A stretch of 33,635 nucleotides of DNA. Origin: Chiloscyllium plagiosum. Taxonomy: Eukaryota. The notes beneath the pieces are model-generated. The model was not told where the DNA came from. It worked only from the letters and a program-made list of their open reading frames with translations, and did no database searches. Positions within the stretch are counted from its first letter, which is position 1, and each line of letters begins with the position of its first letter. Made by a program: the position numbers and the translations under genes. Location: NCBI RefSeq assembly GCF_004010195.1, contig NC_057718.1:94924702-94958336 (forward strand). Direction: 5' to 3'. This document shows positions 23,410 through 33,635 of this stretch, in pieces.

Positions 23410-24350
23410 AACCCATCTCTAAACTCCAAGACTTAGGTCTCAGCTTCCTCTTCTGTATCCTCAATTTCCTGACCCAGAGACCACAGTCATTAATGTCAGA
23501 AGTTAGACGACACCAGGTTATGGTCCAATAAGTTTATTTGAAATCACAAGCTTTCGACGTGTTGTCTGTTTGTCAGGTGAAGTGAGCGAGAATCTCTCAG
23601 GCACAGAATTTATAGGCAGAGAGATCAAAAGATCATATAAATGAATGGCGTGTTGACTCTTGTCCACCCAGTCTAATGGCGGCACCTTGCCAACATGACA
23701 ACCAATAAGAATGGCGACAACACCTCTTTCACCATAATCCTCAACACCAGTCTCCCACAAGGCTGCATACTCATCCCCTACTATACTCCTTATACACTCA
23801 GGACTATGTGGCCAAATTCCACCCCAACACCTTTGACAAGTTTGCTGACGACACCATCATTATAGTTTGAATCTCAAACAACAATGAGCCAGAATATAGA
23901 AAAGAAATTGAGTGCTTAGTGACATGGTATAAAGGCAACAATTTCCCCAGCGATGTCAGTAAAAGAAAGAAGCTGGTCATTGACTTCAGGAACCGGAGTG
24001 GAAGGCATGCCCCTGTCTGCATCAGTGGTACTGAGGTGGAAATGGCTGAGAGTGTCAAGTTTCTGGGAGTGATGATCACCAACAATCTGTCCTGGTCCAC
24101 CCACGTCGACACAATGGTCCAGAAAGCACGACAACAACTTTAATTCCTCAGGAGGCTAAGCAAATTCACTATATCCTCAAGGACTCTTACCAATTTTTAT
24201 AGATGCACCATAGAAAGCATCCCATCTGGATGCATCACAATGTGGTGTGGCAACTGCTTTTCCCAAGACCGCATGAAACTAGAGCACAGCCCAGTCCATC
24301 AAGCAAAACAACTTTCCATCCATTGACTCTATCTATACTTTCCACTACCT
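23410..24350 (+). mobile_element. Rex1/Babar-clade LINE RT fragment, interrupted by a PLE tail at 23494-23697
   Basis: KFADDTII near 23838; KKLVIDFRNRSGRHAPVCISGTEVEMAESVKFLGVMITNNLSWSTHVDTMVQKARQQL; FYRCTIESI downstream. Confidence 0.8.
23494..23697 (-). mobile_element. Penelope-like tail insertion with hammerhead motif
   Basis: Related to the tail at 2352-2475. Minus-strand tcacCTGACAA...GTCGAAAGCTTGTGA at 23544-23580. The right end carries the extreme tail in + orientation (cttgtccacccagtctaa). Confidence 0.7.
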
Positions 24351-24519
24351 TGTTTTGATACTTTCATGCCCTCTTCACAGTTTATCATGTTCCCAGATTT
24401 TGTAAAAACTGACTGCAGATAGTTCAGTCATTTTATTCATTCATGGAATACTGGCTATACTGTCATTTATTGCCCATCCCTCATTATCTAGAGGGACAAC
24501 TCACAGACCTTTAAAAATA

Positions 24520-24737
24520 CCACAAATAGGTGATGAAAGTAATCAAGAAGGCTAATGGAATGCTAGTGTTCACATCCAGAGTATAAGGATTTAGAAGTTA
24601 TGCTGCAGCTAAACAAAATCCTGGTCAGAACCCACCTGGAGTACTGTGAGCAGATCTGGGCACCACACCTTAGGAATGATATATCGGCATTGGAGGAAGC
24701 ACAACGTGAATATACAAGAATGATATGTGGACTTCAG
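24520..24737 (+). mobile_element. CR1 ORF2 C-terminal fragment
   Basis: ORF 24600..24794 MLQLNKILVRTHLEYCEQIWAPHLRNDISALEEAQREYTRMI. Confidence 0.8.
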
Positions 24738-24739
24738 AT

Positions 24740-25865
24740 TATTAGGTTTAGGTCAATTTATAATTATAAAAAAGACCACAAGATGAGTCTGTAGAATTTG
24801 GACCAGGAACAATTTATTATACGTCTTTACAAGTACACAGTCAGACCTAGATTGACCTAAATGTCCTGTTCTCTTTAAGCGGTAGCTTGCACCCCCAACT
24901 ACATTCATAATATCCCTCCCCGTTTATTTCAAAAACTCCCATTAATATATATTTACAATTGTAAAATATTATACAGGCATCATGGCCAACATATGTACAT
25001 AGATTAGGGTCCTGATGAAGGAAGGGCCTTTGCCAGAAATGCCGATTTTCCTGCTCCTCTGATGCTGCCTGACCTGCTGTGCTTTTCCAGCACCACTCCA
25101 ATTTAGGCTCTGATCTCCAGCATCTGCAGTCCTCACTTTTGCCTAACATATGTACATATTCAGGAATATTTACAGAAAGGGTGTGTGAACAACCACTACT
25201 TTTTCCCAATACAAGCTTCTGTAGTCTAAATCGACATGATTAGTCTCATGATGATCTTCAACAAAACCATCTTCTAGCCTTAGGAGCCTTTTCTGATGTA
25301 GTCTCCCAGACTTTCAAAAGCTCCCGCCATTCAGCAGATCCGCCCTTCTCTAATTTGCTGCCATTGTCCTGCAATGCAGCTGCTGACTGCTCCCTGGTTA
25401 TGGCCAATACCGGCTCAGTGACACAAGTTTCAGTTCTTACCCCTGGTTCCATCTGGCCCAGCTCTGTATTTTGAGGAACATACACCCCCCGTCGCAGTGC
25501 GGTGCAGCGAAGAGCTGGTCCGCATTTCTCCTCCAAACCAACTCATCACTGGTGTGCACAGTATATGACAACAGTTTTATTTGGACTATCACCATTGCTG
25601 TAACCCATTTTTCCCAAAGCACATCATTTCTGGCCATGATAGTTTCTCTTTTTGGAATATCCTCCACTTTGAGGTTTTTGGGCTTCTAGCCATTGGTTCC
25701 TCATGATTACGCTATACCACCTCTCCAATCTCTTCCAGCTACAGCAAATCAAACATGGTTCTCAGCTAGCGGTTGAACATTAAGGAGGCCAACAAGTACT
25801 GGGTTGTGTGTGGCATGTTACAAGATGTGCTAAGGAGACTTGAAGTCATAAATAAGGTTTCAAGG
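24740..25865 (-). mobile_element. Gypsy-type LTR retrotransposon 3' end (integrase C-terminus, PPT, probable 3' LTR)
   Basis: Minus strand LMFNR*LRTMFDLL and ETIMARNDVLWEKWVTAMVI...SYTVHTSDELVWRRNADQL (integrase C-terminal motif). Polypurine tract ggggaggga at 24913-24921 followed by tattatg (decayed TGTTATG) and an AATAAA. Confidence 0.6.
25002..25144 (+). mobile_element. Short Penelope-like tail beginning at the hammerhead motif
   Basis: 14-bp TSD aacatatgtacata (24988-25001, 25145-25158). cCTGATGAAGgaagGGCCTTTGCCAGAAATGCCGATTTT is homologous to 17049-17085. Confidence 0.85.
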
Positions 25866-28008
25866 TCGCAAGAGTCTCCCTACTGGCAGGAAGGTGATTT
25901 GAAGTGAGTCTACTTCAAAACCAGGAGCATCTGGAGTAAGGTGGGTGAACTTGCAGCATAAGTTGGCACCTGGGACTTTAATGTTGTGGTCATTTCGGAG
26001 ACATGGATAGAGCAGGGACAGGAATGGTTGTTGCAGGTTCCAGGGTTTAGATGTTTCAGTGAGATGGTAAAAGAGGAGGAGTGTGGCATTGTTAGTGAAG
26101 GACAGTTTTACGGTGGCAGGAAGGACGTTTGATGAGGACTCGTCTACTGAGGTAATATGGGCTGAGGTTAGAAACTGGAAAGGAGAGGTCACCCTGTTGG
26201 AAGTTTTCTATAGGCCTCTGAAACATTCTAGAGATGTAGAGGAAAGGACTGCAAACATGATTCTGGATATGAGCAAAAGTAACAGGGTAGTTGTTATGAA
26301 GGACTTTAACTTTCCAAATATTGACTGGAAGCGCTTTAGTTTGAGTACTTTAGATGGGTTATTTTTTGTCCAATGTATGGAGGGTTTCCCTCGATAGGCC
26401 AACAAGAGGCAAAGCCACATTGAATTTGGTAACCAGGCCATGTGTGAGATTTGAAGGTAGGTGAGCACTTTGGTGATAGTGACCACAATTTGGTTACGTT
26501 TACTTTAGCAATGGAAAGGGATAGCTAAAAACCTCAGGGCAAGAATTATAGCTTAAGGAAAGGAATTATGATGTGATTAGGCAAGATTTAGGTTGCACAG
26601 AATGGGGAAGAAAACTGCTGGAGATGGGCACAATTGAAATGTGGAGCTTATTCAAGGAACAGCTACTTGATAATTATGTACCTGTCAGGCAGGGAGGAAG
26701 TGGTTGAGCAACGTAGCCATGGTTTACTAAAGAAGTTGAATCTCTTGTCAAGAGGAAGAATGATGCTTACGTAAAGAGACATGAAGGCTCCATTAGGGCA
26801 CTTGAGAGTTACAAGTTAGCCAGAAGGGACCTAAAGAGACAGCTAAGAAGAGCCAGGAGGGGACATGAGACGTCTTTGGCTAGTAGGATCAAGTAAAACC
26901 CTAAAGCTTTCTATAGGTATGTCACAATTAAAAGAATGACTAAGTAAGATTGGGGCCAGTCAAGAACAGTAATGGGAAGTTGTGTGTGGAGTCTGAGGAG
27001 ATAGGAGAGGCACTAAATGAATATTTGTCATCAGTATTCACACTGGAAAAAGACAATGTTGTTGAGGAGAATACTAATATACAGGCTATTAGACTAGATG
27101 GGATTGAAGTTCATAAAGAGGAGATGATAGCAATTCTGGAAAGTGTGAACATAGATAAGTCCTCTGGACCAGATGGGATTTATCCTAGGATTCTCTGGGA
27201 AGCTAGGGAGGAGATTTTAGAACCTTTGGCTTTGATTTTTATGTCATCATTGTCTACAGGAATAGTGCCAGAAGACGGGAGATAGCAAATGTTGTTCTCT
27301 TGTTCAAAAAGGGGAGTAGAGACAACCCTGGTAATTATAGACCAATGAGCTTTACTTCAATTGTGTGTAAAGTGTTGGAAAGGATTAGAAGAGAGAGGAA
27401 TTAAAATGATTTGGAAAGGAATAATTTGATTAAGGATAGTCAGCACGGTTTTGTGAAGGGTAGGTCGTGCCTCACAAACTTTGAGTTCTTTGAGGTGACC
27501 AAACAGGTGGATGAGGGTAAGGCTGTTGATGTGGTGTATATGGATTTCAGTGAAGCATTTGATAAGGTTCCCCATGGTAGGGTATTGCAGAAAATACGGA
27601 GGCATGGGATTGAGGTGATTTAGCGGTTTGGATCAGAAATTGGTGAGCTGAAAAGAAGACAGAGGGTGGTGGTTGATGGGAAATGTTCATCCTGGAATTC
27701 AATTTCTAGTGGTGTACCACAAGGCTATGTTTTCGGGCCACTGCTGTTTGTCATTTTTATAAATGATGTGGATGAGGGCGTAGAAAGATGGGTTAATAAA
27801 TTTGCAGATGACACTGAGATCGGTGGAGTTGTGGGGAGTGTTGAAGGATGTTGCCGAGTTGTGAGCAGTGCCGAGGGACATAGCTAAGCTGCAGAGCTGG
27901 GCTGAGAGGTGGCAAATGGAATTTAATGTGGAAAGGTGTGAGATTATTCACTTTGGAAGGAGTAACAGGAATGCAAATTACTGGGCTAATGTTAAGATTC
28001 TTGGTAGT

Positions 28009-28999
28009 TGTTGTGGTTCTGTTCGCCGAGCTGAAAGTTTTTGTTGCAAACGTTTCGTCTTGCTCACACACACACACAAATGGGAATAGAGAGGAAATCC
28101 ACACACACAGACCAAGTCCTAAACTATGAAAGTAACCACCCCAACACACACAAACGAAGCTGCATCAGGACACTATTCAAAAGGGCCACAACACACTGCA
28201 GTACACCAGAACTGCAAAAAGAAGAAGAGGAACACCTATACAAGGTATTCGCCAAAAACGGAGACCCGCTCAACTTCATCAACAGATGCCTAAGAGAAAG
28301 ACCACGGAACAAGGACATACCACAACCAAAAGGACTAGCAACACTACCATACATCAGGAGCATCTCGGAACTGACAGCCAGACTACTGCGACCCCTAGGA
28401 CACATAACGGCACACAAACCAACAGCCACGCTCAGACAACAACTCACCAGAACGAAGGACCCGATACCCAACATGAGCAAAACCAATGTAGTGTACAAAA
28501 TACCATGCAAGGAATGCACAAAACACTATATAGGACAAACAGGAAGACAGCTAACAACCCGCATACATGAACATCAACTAGCCACGAAACGACACGACCA
28601 GCTATCCTTAGCAGCCACACACGCAGACAACACACGCAGACAACAAGCAACATGAATTCGACTGGGACAACACTACTATCATAGGGCAAGCCAGACAGAG
28701 AACAGCCAGGGAATTCCTAGAGGCATGGCATTCATCCACAAACTCCATCAACAAACACATCGACCTGGACCCAATATACCAACCACTACAGCGGACAGCT
28801 GAAACTGACAACTGGAAGCGGCAGGGACAGACCACTATAACACCGGAGGAAACATCAAAGAAGCGCTTCGCAGGAGGCTCCCAAGCACTGATAATGTCGC
28901 CTAGCCAGGAGACGAAACGTTTGCAACAAAAACTTCCAGCTCGGCGAACAGAACCACAACAATGAGCACCCGAGCTACAAATCTTCGCACAAACTTTGA
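28009..28999 (+). mobile_element. Penelope-like element (RT thumb and GIY-YIG) with an inverted tail copy at its 5' end
   Basis: 12-bp TSD attcttggtagt (27997-28008, 29000-29011). ORF RKSTHTDQVLNYESNHP...NVVYKIPCKECTKHYIGQTGRQLTTRIHEH. 28009-28060 is the reverse complement of 28910-28961. Confidence 0.93.
28885..28924 (+). ncRNA. Minimal hammerhead ribozyme motif (one core mutation)
   Basis: gca-CTGATAA-T-GTCgCC-tagcca-GGaGAC-GAAA-CGTT-tgc: helix I gca/tgc and ACGT palindrome. CUGANGA is changed to CUGAUAA. Confidence 0.6.
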
Positions 29000-29693
29000 A
29001 TTCTTGGTAGTGTGGATGAGCAGAGAGATCTCGGTATCCGTGTACATAGATCCCTGAAAGTTGCCACCCAAGTTGATAGGGTTGTTAAGAAGGCATACGA
29101 TGTGTTAACTTTTATTGTTAGAGGGATTGAATTTTGATGCCATGAGGTCGTGTTGCAATTGTATAAAACTCTGGTGTAGCTACACTTGGAATATTGTGTA
29201 CAGTTCTGGTCACCACATTATAGGAAGGATGTGGAAGCATTGGAAAGGATGCAGAGGAGGTTTACCAGGATTTTGCCTGGTATGGAGGGATGGTCTTATC
29301 AGGAAAGGCTGAGGGACTTGTGACTGTTTATGTAAGAAAGAAGGTTGAAAGGAGACTTAGTAGAGACATACAAGATGATCAGAGGATTAGATAGGGTGGA
29401 CAGGGAGAGCCTTTTTCCTTGGATGGCGATGGCTAGCATGAGAGGACATAGATTTAAATTGAGGAGTGATAGGACAGATGTCAGACTAAGTTTCTTTATT
29501 CAGAGAGTAGTAAGGGCATGGAACACCCTGCTAGCATCAGTGGTAGACTTTCCAACCTTAAGGGTATTTAAATAGATTGAATAAACATATGGATGATAAT
29601 GGAATAGTGGAGGTTAGATGGGCTTCAGATTGGTTTCACAGCTCGGTGAAACATCGAAGGCTGAAGGGCTTGTACTGCACTGTCATGTTCTAT

Positions 29694-29962
29694 TCCAGTT
29701 CCACCTCTGCTTTAGACTAAATGGCGTACCGTAGTGGATGCACCTCCAGACTCGATGGTTGAACATCTGACTTCAGCAGTATTTTAATTTCAACTCCTTT
29801 CATTTCCACCAGGATTCCTGTGAAGTCATCTTTATACTTGTCCAGGATGTCTTGTAAACTCCTGCTTGAGTCCGCTCCAATTTTTGTAACCAGGCGTATC
29901 TGACAAATGCAAGGTTTTTTGCCTTGTACAATGTATAGTGGTGATTCTGGACATGAGTCCCT
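29694..29962 (-). mobile_element. Gypsy pol fragment (protease-RT linker)
   Basis: PLYIVQGKKP...LQDILDKYKDDFTGILVEMKGVEIKILLKSDVQP...YAI*SKAEVELE, typical of the region preceding Gypsy RT. Confidence 0.7.
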
Positions 29963-30740
29963 TAAATTCATTTGTGGCATGAGGACGTCACTGGCTAGGC
30001 CAGCATTTATTCTCCATCCCTGACGATCCAGAGGGCATTTAAGAGTCAACTATATTTTTGTGGGTCTGGAGTCACATGTAGGCCAAATGCAGGTAAGGAT
30101 GGCATTTTCTTCCCTAAAGGGCATTCGTGAATCTGATGGGATTTTCTTGACAAAATGTTATGAAGGTAGAAGGGGTACTGTAATTCAAGAGAGTTGAAGG
30201 ACTTAGCAAGCACACAGAGTGCTGGAGAATTTACAATGTAACATTTGGTCCAGCAGCTAGCAGTACCTGAGTTGCTATGAGACCAAAACAAATTCAAATT
30301 CAGCCAACCAGTTTAAATTATGCCTCATGATACTAAACTCCAATCAAGTTTAAATTTGGTATTTTGACACTATTAAAACCAGTGAACGATCTGATGATAA
30401 GTTGAGCAATTGGAGGAGAACTGCCAAGCTCCCAATATATGCAGACTGCCCGCAGAATAGCTCTCATAAAGGTACCTTTATCTATCAACAACCTGTGGAA
30501 CAGAAGTCCAAAGAAGAAGACAGAAGAAGATATAAAGATAAGATTTGACAGCTGGCTGGTTTTTAAATTTGAATTTTTTGGTAAAGCTTAATCAGGGGTT
30601 TTTATCAGACCAGTATTAAAGAATGGTAAGTAAAAGATAGGTTTGAGAAAGGATTTGTAACCAGTTGTTAGTTAACTATTCTCTATTAGACTGTCAAAGA
30701 AAAAAAAAAGTTGTTAATTTTTTAACAACTTTGGGATAGT

Positions 30741-31273
30741 CATAGAGATGTATAGCACGGACGTAGACCCTTCGGTCCAACTCGTCCATTCCAACCAGAT
30801 AACCCAACCCAATGTAGTCCCACCTGCCAGCACCTGGCCCATATCCTTCCAAACCCTTCCTATTCATATATCCATCCAAATGCCTTTTAAATGTTGCAGT
30901 TGTACTAGACTCCACCACTTCCTCTGGCAGCTCATTCCATACACGTACCACCCTCTGAGTGAAGAAGTTGCCTCTTAGGTTTCTTTTATATCTTTCTCCT
31001 CTCACCCTAAACCTATTCCCTCTAGTTCTAGACTCCCCACCCCAGGGAAAAGATTTTGTCTATTTATCCTATCCATGCCTCTCATGATTTTATAGACTCT
31101 ATAAGGTCACCCCTCAGCCTCCGACACTCCAGGGAAAACAGCCCCAGCTTATTCAACCTCTCCCTACATCTCAAATCCTCCAACCCTGGCAACATCCATG
31201 TAAATCTTTTCTGAACCCTTTCAAGTTTCACATCTTTCCGACAGGAAGGAGACCAGAATTGCATGCAATATTC
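30741..31273 (-). mobile_element. CR1/HER1 LINE 3' fragment
   Basis: ORFs 31082..31264 and 30694..31005 ([21 protein letters not shown]..., RGNFFTQRVVRVWNELP); tail at the left. Confidence 0.93.
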
Positions 31274-31626
31274 AACCTCATTGATCCTGCCAGTAGCATA
31301 TGCTTGTCTTAAAGATTAAGCCACTCATGTCTAAGTACAGTAAAACTGCGAATGGCTCATTAAATCAGTTATGGTTCCTTTGATCGCTCCAAACATTACT
31401 TGGTTAACTGTGGTAATTCTAGAGCTAATAAATGCAAACGAGTGCTGACCTGTGCAGGGATGCATGCACTTATCAGACCAAAACCAATCCAGGCTCACCC
31501 AGCAGCTCTGGTGACTCGAGATAACCTCGGGCACATCACAAGTCCTTGTGACGGTGACGTCTCGCTCGAATGACTGCCCTATCAACATTTGATAGCACTT
31601 TCTGTGCCTACCATGGTGACCACAGG
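31274..31626 (+). rRNA. 18S rRNA 5' fragment (pseudogene, about 350 nt)
   Basis: acct..ttgatcctgccagtagcatatgcttgtcttaaagattaagcca, aaactgcgaatggctcattaaatcagttatggttcctttgatc, ctgtggtaattctagagctaata, tgccctatcaac and gcctaccatggtgaccac are universal eukaryotic SSU motifs in order. It carries substitutions and a deletion between two GTAC repeats near 31335. Confidence 0.95.
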
Positions 31627-31959
31627 ATAGTTCTTGGCCTCTCGAATTTTAACAGATTACAGCATAGGTTAAATCTTTTCTGTGTTGCTGGTTTAAATTA
31701 GCAGGGGGTTTACACCGTGTCATAACAAACGGCAGTGGTTTCATGGTCAGTAGAGCTCTTAATTCCAGATTTTCATTAAGTTCAAATTCCACCATCTGCT
31801 GTGGCAGGATTCAAACCTGGGTTCCCAGAGCATTACCTGTGTCCCTGGATTGACAGTCCAGAAATAATACCATCAGGCCATTTCCTCTCCATTGTTCCAT
31901 CTTGGCAGGCTTCAATGGTAGTGCCCTTTATTTCTCCCTGTAGATTGATTTGAGAAATA

Positions 31960-32452
31960 GAAAACCAAAAGCAAAACTAATGTCATTTACAAAATACTGT
32001 GCAAGAACTGTAACAAACACTACATTCCACAACAGACAGAAAACTGGCCACCACGATACATGACTCTCTCTCACTAATATCCTTACATACAGATAAGGAA
32101 GGATACCACTTTGACTGGGATAACACATCCATCTGAGGACAAGCCAAACAGAGTTCCTAGATGCATGGCATTCCAGCCGGAACTCTATCAACTAACACAT
32201 TGACTTGGATCCCATTTACCACCCTCTGAGAAAAAGAACCGAAAATGATGTCACCACAGGAAATGACATCACCAACCCTAGGAAACTCAAACATATGAAT
32301 AAAAAGCAGGCTACACCACCAATGCTTCATTCGGAGGCTTACTGAAGATGTTACCTAGTGTGTTGACAAAACGTCTGAAAACGAACCTTTCAGCTCAGCA
32401 AGCAAACTTACATTCAGAACCTCAACCTGAGCTACAAGTCTCAAAACTTGCT
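31960..32452 (+). mobile_element. Decayed Penelope-like 3' fragment with hammerhead motif
   Basis: KTNVIYKILCKNCNKHYI (GIY-YIG), homologous to 28480-28990. CTGAAGA-T-GTTACC...TGAC-AAAA-CGTC-tga at 32342-32378. Confidence 0.82.
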
Positions 32453-32601
32453 AAAACCACTTCCATCTTTACTTCTTTAATTTGGGAAGGACCCAGAAAT
32501 GACCAGCTTCACCTGAAACTCTACAAACTGTGTAATACTTCTCAGCTGGCAACATGTACCCAGAGAGTAGGGGTGTTGAGCAGGGAAGCTCCTGTACCTA
32601 T

Positions 32602-32830
32602 GTTAAGAGTCAGCCACGTTACTGTGGGGCCTGGAGTCTCATGTATACCAGCTAAAGACAGCCCTTTCTTAACCTAAAAGGACATTGGTGAACCAATTTT
32701 TTTTCCCTCAGAATGGAGAATGGTTTCATGGTCATTGTCAGACTCTTAATAATTGCAGATTTCCAAATTCAAATCCCACCATTTGCCAACGCAGGACTCG
32801 AACCGTTTTTCTAGATTTATTGACAGTGCT
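32602..32830 (-). mobile_element. Deu-type SINE fragment
   Basis: ttaagagtcagccac...ctggagtctcatgta...aaaggacattggtgaacc...tggtttcatggtca...ttcaaatcccaccat...ggactcgaacc, homologous to the split SINE. Confidence 0.75.
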
Positions 32831-33635
32831 CGCAAATGCGTCTCTAAACCTCACCCAATCGCCGGCAGGGGGCAAAGGGCGAAACGCAGGCGCAGTGAGG
32901 TCTTGGTTTTGACGGGCGGGGTGTGGAGAACAGGCGATGGGCGGCCGCGCTCAACTGCGCTTGCGTCGTGCGGAAGGGCCGGCGTCTGTGCGCAGGAGCG
33001 AGGGGAGCGCGAGGCGCGGCCGTTTGGTGGTTAGACCCTGACAGTTGGTGCGTGAGCGCGCACGCGCTGCTGCGTCGCGTCGTCCACACCTCCCCGGAAA
33101 GCTCGCCGCCTGCTCGCGCCGAGGGAGAGGGGCCCTGCGCGAGAGGCGTCCGATGGCGACCTAGAACCCGCTGGCCCGCGGGTGGGGGGGGGAAAGGAGG
33201 TGTTTGGGTGTGGGAAACCACCGCCTTCCCCCTCCCCCCTGCACTATCCCCCGCCCAATAACTTCCATATCTCCACATACACAAGCACCTCTCTACAACT
33301 CTTCACACTGCCCCGGGCCGTCGGAGACCGAGGGAGCCGAGAGCAGGTCAGTCTGTCCCGGGCGGGGAAGGGAAACGTTTTCCCGTTCGGGTGGCGGGAG
33401 CAGAGTACGGTGCGCTCGGTGGTACCTCCCTTCCCTTTCGGGCTGAGGGCAAGTGAAGTCTGGGCCCTGGAGGAAGGGCTGGGGAGAGACTGTGACAGCC
33501 TTAAGGGCAGTGGTCGGTGAGGCATTGTTGTCTGAGGGCGGACAGATTGAGGGAGTAGCAAAGGCGGCCATTCGGTTTGGAGGAACTCAGTGTGGGGGAG
33601 GGGTATGACTGGGAGTGTCGGGGTGGGTTTGATTG
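32830..33635. promoter_or_regulatory. CpG island / promoter of an unidentified gene
   Basis: Abrupt rise in GC and CpG against a CpG-depleted background. CCAAT at 32855, CTCF-like CCGGCAGGGGGCAA at 32862-32875, GC box GGGCGGGG at 32914, NRF1-like cgcaggcgca and tgcgcttgcg, YY1-like gatggcg. Confidence 0.8.

Larger units (their letters stand above)
25870..29693 (+). mobile_element. CR1 LINE with near-complete decayed ORF2 (APE and RT), interrupted by a PLE at 28009-28999
   Basis: DFNFPNIDW, SDH, DKSSGPDGIYPRIL, SQHGFVKGRSCLTN, VDVVYMDFSEAFDKVPH, SGVPQGYVFGPLLF and KFADDT in order, with stops and frameshifts. Tail tgttctat near 29690. Confidence 0.93.
30156..31727. mobile_element. Probable solo LTR (about 680 bp without its internal insertion)
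   Basis: Begins TGTTATGA and ends TCATAACA (8-bp terminal inverted repeat, TG...CA), and cleanly interrupts the SINE. No clean TSD found. Confidence 0.7.
29966..31890 (-). mobile_element. tRNA-derived Deu-type (SacSINE-like) SINE split into 29966-30155 and 31728-31890
   Basis: Minus-strand head with A box TGGCCTGATGG and B box GGTTTGAATCC at the right end. The two halves joined are colinear with the uninterrupted copy at 32602-32830. Confidence 0.8.

Noticed and set aside
31274..31626. Functional rDNA unit or an 18S-derived SINE
   Set aside because: Only about 350 nt, with substitutions in universal positions and no ETS or downstream 18S. It is antisense to the CR1 tail, whereas a SINE head would be co-oriented.
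30151..31732. Target-site duplication of the solo LTR
   Set aside because: The flanks caaaa and aacgg do not give a clean 4-6 bp match, so the LTR call rests on its termini and on SINE interruption only.
32685..33571. Multiple overlapping ORFs in the GC-rich end
   Set aside because: Expected from stop-codon scarcity in a CpG island; low-complexity R/G/P/A peptides with no recognisable domain.

Overview
Repeat-rich vertebrate genomic DNA. The repeat complement (HE1-type V-SINEs, HER1/CR1 LINEs, Deu-type SINEs, Penelope-like elements) points to a cartilaginous fish, probably a shark; this is an inference. The only host coding sequence I can support is the last three exons (5744-5911, 7044-7201, 7980-8159, + strand) of a C2H2 zinc-finger gene resembling GZF1, followed by a transposon-free AT-rich putative 3' UTR. 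A CpG-island promoter of another, unidentified gene occupies the right end (about 32830-33635). Most of the remainder is decayed retroelements: CR1, L1, Rex/Babar, Gypsy, a solo LTR, SINEs, a Tigger-like MITE and at least eight Penelope-like (PLE) insertions. Highlights: (1) a head-to-head chimera of a CR1 3' fragment and the 5' ~350 nt of 18S rRNA inside one 7-bp target-site duplication (TSD); (2) six PLE insertions with different tail sequences sharing one 'tails-out' inverted architecture bounded by 11-14 bp TSDs; (3) a set of minimal hammerhead ribozyme motifs with palindromic helix III in the PLE tails. Family names come from recognition of motifs, not from database searches, and repeat boundaries without TSDs are approximate.
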